A DNA stretch of 64,000 nt from Laetmonice hystrix (taxonomy: Eukaryota), in contig OZ249436.1 in the NCBI GenBank assembly GCA_965235115.1, forward strand, positions 1,738,001 to 1,802,000. The letters run 5' to 3'. Position numbers and translations under genes: made by a program. Positions within the stretch are counted from its first letter, which is position 1. Every line of letters starts with the position of its first letter. The notes under the pieces were generated by a model. That model did no database searches and had not been told where the DNA came from. It was given only the letters and a program-made list of their open reading frames with translations. Of this stretch, positions 54,985-64,000 are shown piece by piece.

Positions 54985-56506
54985 CGTGTGGCCAGACGAC
55001 GGTGCATGGTTGAATCCAGGTTGATAATGATTGTGAAAGGGACGGGGGATTTGAGGGGGAGGGGGAGAAGGGGGAGAAGGGGGGAGGAGAGGGGGAGGAG
55101 AGAGGGCAGGGGGAGGGTCGGATTTCAGCATTATTGAGGACAGTTTGGACAGCGTTTGATTAATTCGTTATCGCATCATGTGTTTGGTTGTAGTAGATGA
55201 AGATTAATGGTCCAACTCTATTGAAGGCTGGCAAGACGAGCTGATTAAGGTTTAATGAGATCTGCGATTCCATTATAATTAACACTTCACTATGATATCG
55301 ATTAAAAAAAACAAGCAAACAAAATAGAAGAAAGGGCGTTTGGGATAACGCTATATACACAGCATAAAGGGAGAGTCTGGGCGTGTTCGGGTCGTGGTAA
55401 ATGCCTAATGGTGTTTATGTATTATGTGGCTATTAACTCATCATAAACGAACAGTAAATGAGAAATGTAAATAAATCATTTCAAACTAGATATAGGAAAC
55501 AAAATGGTTCTCTGACAACAATTATAACATCAGTAATGGATGAGGAACGGTCATGGTCGAATAGTTCTTGCGAATCAATATAGAGAAACACGTTTTATTC
55601 CCAATGTTCTACAATCCCCTCCTGGTGCCCCTTTATCACGACATACCCCCCTTCACCCCATATAAGGCGCGGCGGGGGGTTGTTACACCACCCTCTACCC
55701 CCAGCGCGGGTCTCGATTCGATGGTAGCAAGCGCTGAGCCAGACCAAAGCCGTTCTCCATCAGGACGAGGGATATCATCTCGCCTCGCTCTGACAAATTA
55801 TGACAAACGGCACATGTCAACGACTATAATTTGGGGCGGATGGGGTTTTAAGTTGCCGCCGGCGGAGCGACACCCTGACTCTCAGCAGTGACGATCGTGT
55901 TGGGTGCTGGCTCGGACTGGGAGTATAGTTGTCCTGGCAGCCAGACGCTCGCGATGACGTCACAGAGGGACGGCGTTCCGCCGTACATGGTATGTACATA
56001 AAGGTTATGCTGATTCACTGAGGTCAAGTGCCACCATGTCGCCTAGAGGTTAATATACGACACACGCATAATTCAACACGCTTAACACAATTCCTTTTAA
56101 TAGTCGGTGATTACTGTGTCAATATATGTATACTCGGGTCTGCTCTGAGGTGTCGGCATATATAATTGAGAGAAAATACAAGACATGCAGGAAAAGCTGA
56201 AGGCAGCAGAACCCAACTTGTAGCAGTTTTTGTGCAGGCGGGGGTGTTTGCATGGGCCGCTATATAAGAGGTGTGAAAAGCTAATATTAAGATAGTACCA
56301 ATATATTTATATAAAATTATTTCTTCTCCTAACCAAAATAACACTTTCATATATACCATCAATAGAACGGTATCGCTGATGTGTACAGAGGGTACCTTCA
56401 ATATCACCACAAGAGAACGTAAATTACTTTCATGACTTTTTTTTCTACCTTTTCAATAATGGTAAGTATGACCAAATGAAACTAGATTGTCATTACCCAA
56501 CTCTAG

Positions 56507-56691
56507 GCGGCAATGGTCCAGATGTTGCCATTGATAGAACCCTGTCACTCGGAGTGTATGGAAGAGATGTACAACATGACGCCGTGTACGGAGGACAGGA
56601 AGGTGATGAATCCGGACAGGAGGAGACAGAGGGAGAGACAGAATGCAGACAGAGGGGCCGTCACCGACACAGCCTGGACAGACAAGTGGTG
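56507..56691 (+). CDS. Candidate coding exon of an unidentified gene
   Basis: Acceptor ...CCCAACTCTAG|G at 56506/7; open frame AAMVQMLPLIEPCHSECMEEMYNMTPCTEDRKVMNPDRRRQRERQNADRGAVTDTAWTDKW; donor TG|GTAAGT at 56691/2. No recognisable homology. Confidence 0.3.
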
Positions 56692-57736
56692 GTAAGTATA
56701 TGTATACCTTAATTCCCCACTTACCTGCTCTATTCCCGAAGTGGCCGAAAATTGTCTAAGTCCGAAAAGGTACTACATTGATCGTGGGTAACAACCGATA
56801 ACAGAACAGCCCTATCAAAACCAGGTCATGTATCTGTCACATTTTGAATAGGACATGCTGAGCTGTTTGAAATTTAAAATTTTATGCGCTAGGGAATAGG
56901 ACAGGGAAGTGTGTGATTAAGGTATGTTACTCTCTGTCCTGCATGCATACAGACTCACATGCATCAGCTCAACGTGAACAATTAAAACGGAGACAATAAT
57001 GACTCATTTACGTGACCGTATGTGTCACCCACGTCATGTTCTGGTGTTCTTCTTTTGTTTGTTCTGAGATAAAATCCCGCTAACAAAAGCGGAACCCATT
57101 GAAGGAACCATGTAAGACTGGTGAAGACAAGCAGTTCTCTGCCCTCGGTTTAAGTAGTCACAGTGAGGCTGTAGAAAGTGTCAACCCGGTGACGGGTCGA
57201 ACAAAGCGGCCATGGGTGTGGTATACCAGCTGAGATTTGACCTTCTTTGTCTTGGGAGGGCTCCCACCTCCTCGATTCTCTCCGATAGCATCTTAACATC
57301 CCGCCGTGCCCCAGCAGCGGCCCAGACACAAGTGTCGTTTTGTGTCCCGTCAACAAACAAACAACAAACAATGGCAGTCAATCGTCAGCTTGCTGGGGAT
57401 CCTTTTTCTAGATGAATTGGAGTATGGAAGGAAGTGGATTTTGTTAAGGCATTGCTGGCATTCCTGTGTCGATTTAAGTTAATATTTGAACTCGCCAAAA
57501 GTAAAAAGGAAAGTACAATATGGCGGGCTCAGCACTGTTGTTTGAATACGAACGGCTATAGGTCCTGCTTTAATCGTATTGAAATGCAGTGAATACGCTG
57601 CTAATCGATGGAGGCATCCATTCGCCTTATATACTGTGACATAAATCATATCAAGGGTAGATTAGAAGATTGCCCTTGGTTAAAGTTTGTAAGTTCGACT
57701 TGTCACCAGAGCGAGGCGCGACGCAAGTGTTTGCTG

Positions 57737-57805
57737 AAGCGGATCCCTCGGCTCAGCGGGTCCATCGGCGGATCTCTCGGCTCAGCGGATCCCTCGGCTC
57801 AGCGG
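57737..57805. repeat. Short tandem repeat GCGGATCCCTCGGCTCA, ~3-4 copies
   Basis: Seen directly. Confidence 0.8.
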
Positions 57806-57964
57806 GAGGGTCGAATCCCTCTGGTAACATGTACGTGAAATTTGATGTCAAGAATTTAACATCTTTCATAACCCCCAAACCTAACACCATGCATGTCCTG
57901 GTCCCCAGACATTTTCCCAAAGCATATCCCTGGCCATATTCCTACCCCTAGCCCATAACCTTAA

Positions 57965-58000
57965 CCCTAACCCTAACCCTAACCCTAACCCTAACCCTAA
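57965..58000. repeat. Interstitial telomeric repeat (CCCTAA)6
   Basis: Six perfect CCCTAA hexamers with degenerate copies upstream. Confidence 0.95.
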
Positions 58001-58609
58001 GGTTCCCCTACCTCCATTTCATGGGTATATTACCATGAGGTGATAAATGGGGTGACCGTGAGAAAACAAATACAGGTAAGCATGGTTGTAATTGTGTCGA
58101 GTAATGAGGCACGCATCTCTTCCAATCAGGAACAGTGAATCATTACTTGAATTGACGCTTGGCATGTTAGCACGATACAGAGATGTGTTCTGAAGAGGAT
58201 GAAGAAGGACGGTACTTTGTGCTTCAATAATTATTAGTCAGTAATTCACACAAACCCAATGTGACCCACATTTATCAAATCTTTGCGTTATAATGTGCAG
58301 GTTTCTATACCAACGACCTTCAGGGTGTAGAGATGGTTTTGCTCTGTTTCGATTCAGTTGTATTATGATATATAACATATTATGACCTAATGAATAGGTA
58401 TACTATGGTCGTATATCCAGTGCACCCCACTGCTCTGCTGTTGTCAATACTTCATACGTAATTTGGCAGCTACTTTTATTCGCGTAGCGATTTGACAGGT
58501 CCTATTGAATACAAGTCGCTTGTTGCAACGATTGTGACTTAATGCAATGGCCTTGTGGACACGAGCGTCTATCCGCGTAAATGACGGCGAGGCTTTCGGG
58601 GGCAGACGA

Positions 58610-58729
58610 GCGCCATCTAGCGGTGCCGAAGGTGTCAATATGTACATAGCGTCACAGCGTCGCAGGCCGCGGCGCCAGGGTCACATGAACGTATTTTTGT
58701 CACAAAGTACACATTGCGCCACCTAGCGG
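58610..58729 (-). promoter_or_regulatory. Pair of CTCF-like motifs
   Basis: Minus strand CCGCTAGATGGCGC (58610-58623) and CCGCTAGGTGGCGC (58716-58729) resemble the CTCF core motif. Confidence 0.45.
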
Positions 58730-59389
58730 GCCAAGTGCTCCCTGTGTGATGTATGGCGCCATTCCCTACCTTCGCTTGTCGTGGAAGAGCTATCATTTCC
58801 TAGCCTAATATCTCGATCAGTCATTCTCTCACCTCCCTACAACATCTCGACGGTGTTTCTCGGAGAAAGGCTGATGGCTCTTCTACGACGCTATTTCAGT
58901 ATTTCTTCCACTATATGCCAGCCTATTCCACCCACATCTTTATGCAGTAGATCGATCTCCAAACGTACAGACCTTAACAACGACTGCTGTGCTAACATAG
59001 AGCCTACTTTAGACGACAAACGGGGGCCTATGCCTATCTATACCGGAGATTTAGGTGTTATAGAGGCCTACGTAACATGCAATAGACCTATAGACCTATA
59101 CTATAGGCAATAGGTTTAAGCCTACCGGCTACTGTAACTAACTATAGGCAATAAGCCAAGGCCTACTTGGCTTATTGCCCTTGTGACTCAGAAAACGAGC
59201 CTTAGACCAGTTAGAGTCTGGGTTGGGTCCCACCAGTCTCGGCCGCAGCTCCATCCTATCTCTCGTGACCTTGTGGCGGACATTCCAAGGGCACTTGGGA
59301 CCGTCGCGTGTTGCCTTATTGGCAGCAGATATGACCTCAAGACAAAATGGAGACTGCCACGACAGATCCTCGGTTCGAAATTAGAATTG

Positions 59390-59444
59390 GTCACGTGACG
59401 CCAGCACTGGCCGGAAGGACAGATAGCCGCCCCATCTATATAAA
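59390..59444 (+). promoter_or_regulatory. Candidate core promoter (E-box, GC box, TATA)
   Basis: GTCACGTGAC (59390-59399), GCCGCCCC (59426-59433), TATATAAA (59437-59444) in canonical order. Confidence 0.3.
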
Positions 59445-59846
59445 TGTTCGCAGGCCTGCTTTACACTGGTAAAGCTTTACCCTCAAGTATATCTACAGAT
59501 CTAACAAGTCCTTTTGATAGCCACAGTCTAGAAAACAGACATTTCTAACAAATCATGGAAAACAGACATTTCTAACGAATCACGCGCAGGGACCTATCAG
59601 AAAAGTCATAACGACCATGCAGGGAAGTGATTCAGGTGTCGCTACACAGATTCGCGCTGACGTCATAGTCTCTCATGACCGCATGCAGGTCGCCAGAGCT
59701 CACATTCCGTGGCAAACATTATGAAGCTTCTTTTTTTTACAACCCCGCTCAACCTTTATGTTTATTTAAGTTTTTTATATTTCGGTTGTTTGTGTGTTTT
59801 GTTTGTCATACATGTTCAGATAACAGCTTAATATCCTTCTGTCTCG

Positions 59847-60113
59847 AATTCAAACATAATGTGGTATTTAATATGCAGGCCTATATAGGCAATTCAAACA
59901 TAATGTGGTATTTAATATGTAGGCCTATATTGGCAATTCAAACATAATGTGGTATTTAATATGCAGGCATATATAGGCAATTCAAACATAATGTGGTATT
60001 TAATATGTAGGCCTATATTGGCAATTCAAACATAATGTGGTATTTAATATGTAGGCCTATATTGGCAATTCAAACATAATGTGGTATTTAATATGCAGGC
60101 ATATATTGGCAAT
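59847..60113. repeat. 44-bp minisatellite, ~6 copies
   Basis: Unit GGCAATTCAAACATAATGTGGTATTTAATATGYAGGCMTATATW. Confidence 0.95.
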
Positions 60114-63100
60114 TGCACACGCAATACAAGCAATAGGTCCACGGTATTTAAATATGTTGCCAGTTTGAACACAGCTTCTGTCTCTTGCTATCAAGGTGTT
60201 TATAGTATTTAACAAGGTTTTATTTATTTGTTTGGTTGGTTGGTTGGTTTCTTTTTGTTTGTTTGTTTTGTTGTTCTTTGTAGTCTCCCCCTATGTACTG
60301 TGTCGGTTTTGGGCTGTGATCATGGATGGGCCTCCACCGTTTTTCACACTGGACCATGAACTCTGTTGTAATTGGCCCATCAGTTGAGTATCCCACTGTT
60401 TGGTTAACGAATGCAGGCACAGCACGTGTGTGTGTTTAATATATTAAATTGTAGATCTATTATTATTCAAACAACAGACAATATTTTATGGTGACCTGGG
60501 ACTGGTAACGTTTTGCATACACGAGACCAGCTGGCCTCGGGGTGTCAGCAGTGGGGCTGTGTGGCCAGTCGTGAAGGTATCTTCGATATAACTGCAATAA
60601 AATCTATGTGTTTGACCTTCCATTGATCTCTAAATATCTCCAAGCGATATCCGACCTTTTTCTGTGGAAAAACGTTTGTGCAGTCCTAGATTGTATACAA
60701 TATAGGCAATATATGATTGCCCTTGGATCCCTTCGTCTAACCTTGTCATGTTTCAAACCTTGTTGTCGCAATGTCAAAAATAGTCTTAGTCGATATAAAG
60801 TCAAATATGGCCTCATTAATTAAAACTCAGTTCAAATATGTGCCAGTATGAATCAGCGTTTCTATTTGATATCATACATTATGTTTGAAATCTCTTTGAC
60901 CCACAGCCTTGTTAAAGAGATGAGCACACTGACGTTTATCTTTACCTGATAGAACAAGGGACTAACATCTGAAGTCGTCGACCTATAAACTGACATGGAT
61001 TGACATGTTGTCCCTGTCCCGTGATGGAGCCCCAAACTTGGAGACTTCCACAGCAGCGGACACGTCGTGAACACAGCGTTCATTATTACACACGTAGTGA
61101 ACACACATGACACTCAACGCCAGTTTAAGTGTCAGCTTTTCATTTGTATAGGTCATTTATGTTTTTATGTACGAAATCTTTTAATGAGCCCCCTAAAGAT
61201 ATCCGAAATTATTTATTATCAGAAGTACATTGTTTATTAGCTTATGTTCAGTGTCCAGTCCATGTGTTTGTGACGACACAACGAGACAGAACGAACAGAT
61301 ATAGGGCCGACATAATAATATTCATTCAAAATGTGCCACAGGAAAATGATTTTCTCAAAGATTGGTATACGTTGGACACGGCAATTTATCATTTTAAAAC
61401 ATATTTCCATTAGGGGATGTGTTGTGCTTAACTAAACTTCGAGCGTTCAAAATTTATTTTGTAAAAAACTAGTTCTATCGCCTGAGTCGTGACATCATAA
61501 TGGTGCAGCAGTCATGACGTCATAGTAATCGTGACGTCATAGCTGGAGCTGGACCACAACACGAGAAGCCAATGATGGAGTTTTCATGTGAAGAAACCAT
61601 CACCCTGCATCTATACTTCTCTGACAAGTTTCACTTGTAATATTATCCTGTCTTTCATGCTGATTAAAACCTGTTAATAAACGTTAAGGTGGAGGATTTT
61701 CTACAAGGTTTGACCTTGGATATTACAAAATAACATGACTAATAAACTGCCCATATATGTCGATGTGTGTACTGTCAGTTTTCTGTTTGCTGGACTGTCT
61801 ACTCCGTGTGAAAAGTCTACGATGTATGCTCGTCATGACACATATTTGGGTCTCACCTGGCCCGTAAAAATGTGTTTCAAGATTTATATACGCGTTCAGT
61901 ATGCCCCCGCGCCATTTGTCATTGAACATTGCTATCGTGTGTCTGACTAGATATATAGGCTGACCTGGGATAAGTATGCATTGTCAGAATGAATCAGGAT
62001 ATAATTCAAGGTATATATGTCACAATGAATCAGGATATAATTCAAGGTTAGATATATAGATATATTCTGACACATTGAATTTTGACGCTATAGGACATGT
62101 ACTGTGAGTCATATACCGTTACTCTAAGTTGCTATTTATACCGTTAATCTAAGTTGCTATATTTGTATATACGTATAAACATCAAAGGTATAGAATCAGT
62201 TTTAGTGTATGGTGTCTCATTATTTAATCATGAGTCTCCAGGTCTATAGACATAGTCAGCTATATGTCAGCAGCAATGACGGTATAAGTATACCTGAGTA
62301 TAATGTATGGCATTGAAACGCCCGTGCCTGTCACTATGTTATAGATATATAGATATATCTCACCGGATAAGTCACAAATGGAAGTCATTTATATAAATAA
62401 AGAAAGGAACGGGGTTTTTTTCTAGAGTGTAGCTCTTATATATGATCGCTAATATTTCAGCGAGGGTCAACAAGAAGATTTGTCATTTTTTTCTCCTTGT
62501 GGTGGGAACTGAGCAGTGTTGTCAGCGCTGCTGACAACCGTTCGCTCTCTTCCCCATTCTTTATGGGTCATTCTTGCACCTGCATGGGAACCCCCGCTGA
62601 TCCAAAAGCTTCAGCCTAAATCTGTCCTTTCAAGCGGCGGTACGGTAGGCGGACCGTTGTGAAAGAGTTGGCGCTGTCCGCTTGCCCGAGCTCACACGGC
62701 CCGCTGCCGGGGGCTGACATCCGACCAAGCTGGGCCGAGTCTGGGGGTGCGTTACGCTATTAAAGTCACCACATAATGTGATGGCTTTCGATGGTGTCAC
62801 CAACAGCATGAAGACACTCTTCATCGCCAGCGAGTTCCTGCAGCAGCAGCACTACACGGACACAATCTGTGTTGATCTGGCTGTACCTCGTCAACATGAA
62901 CCCTGCTTCACCTCGCCTGTCATGGTGAGCTCCTCACATTCTCAATCGTCCCCCACTCACTGGTCGTTAGGTCGAGCTGTTGCCGTAATTGCAGGTATTG
63001 AATCCACCGCATCCGTCGAACCAGCAGGCCAATCAAATGACGAGAGGGTTGGCAGCATTGGGCGCATAGCGATGGTATACAGCGACTGTATACAGGAATC

Positions 63101-64000
63101 CGCACCGAAATGATGAATGATGATGCCTAAGTAAGGTGCTTGCATAGCAGGGGTTTACCTTGTATATACATGGAATTTACACAAGCCCTGTCCTCAGGGG
63201 GCATTACCAGGGAGCTATTATCACGGCCGGGGGGGGGTAGGGGGGACACTCTCGCCTCAATTGTGGCCCGTATAATTGCGAAAATGATTTTAGGCGCGTG
63301 AAGAACACCCGATCTGGTGTTATCATTGTGGTGATGGTGTGTATCAGCCCTAATCGAGTTGTCTCCTTGACGCCGACACTCCAGAGGTTGACCACCTGAT
63401 CAGGGATATCGAGTGGACTGGGCTGTCGGCCTCCCGGTCTCCGACCAGCAGGAGGGGGTAGTCCGGAGTGTAACGAATACGTTAGGTCTCGGGAGGAGGA
63501 ATACAAGGAAACTCACCCACAACGGGCCTAATGATACACTCCGCGGCTCTGGCTTCAGGCGATCATAAATCAAACCAGAACAGGTGTGAAGCCAGTCCGT
63601 TGCTATAGTGACCAGCATGGAAGCTGTGTTTGTGGATGGGTGTCGTCTATGCAAACATTGGTGCACCCCGTCTGTCGACAATAAACCTTTGCTACTTCCT
63701 CTTCCAAATACAGGGGGGAATCAAAACATTTCATTTCGTGTATTCCCAATAGGTCATTCTGCGCGCAGAACATCTGCGCATAATTAGGAGCACATTTAGC
63801 TGATTGCTTCAAATCTAATCAGTGTAAAGAGGGTGAGTTCAATATCAGACCCGGTTTCTGTAATGGCAGGAATAGGTTTTCAAGAAAAGAGTCCCGTGCC
63901 ACATCCTCTAACAGGAAGTGAACGAGGCGGGTTGTAATGACAGGTTCGGGTACGTCACTGCCGTATCTACGGAGACTCGTCATCAGGTGAAGCAGGTTGT

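Noticed and set aside
62415..62431. TTTTTCTAGAGTG|TA resembling the right end of a CACTCT-type MITE
   Set aside because: No matching left end found nearby.

Overview
Eukaryotic (animal, probably invertebrate bilaterian; taxon inferred only from the FoxB protein, TTAGGG-type repeats and CTCF-like motifs) gene-poor genomic DNA. The only confidently coding feature is a FoxB-class forkhead transcription factor with an uninterrupted CDS (18794-19909, +). It lies in a ~9 kb zone free of long tandem arrays. The rest of the window has about 30 unrelated micro/minisatellite arrays (roughly a quarter of the sequence, units 2-78 bp), recurrent GC-rich islands and two well-delimited non-autonomous DNA transposons. 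One (46250-47333) has TAC..GTA termini and a 6-bp TSD, and carries a tRNA-like Pol III cassette plus telomere-like repeats. The other (51328-51818) has CAC..GTG termini flanked by TA. A possible second gene starts near 56.3-56.7 kb. Nearly all other long ORFs in the track are artefacts of tandem repeats. No CRISPR array, rRNA or intact transposase/RT was seen. No new system is proven. The best leads are the tRNA/telomere-carrying transposon, forkhead-site-bearing minisatellites near a Fox gene, and the candidate orphan gene start. Copy numbers are manual estimates.
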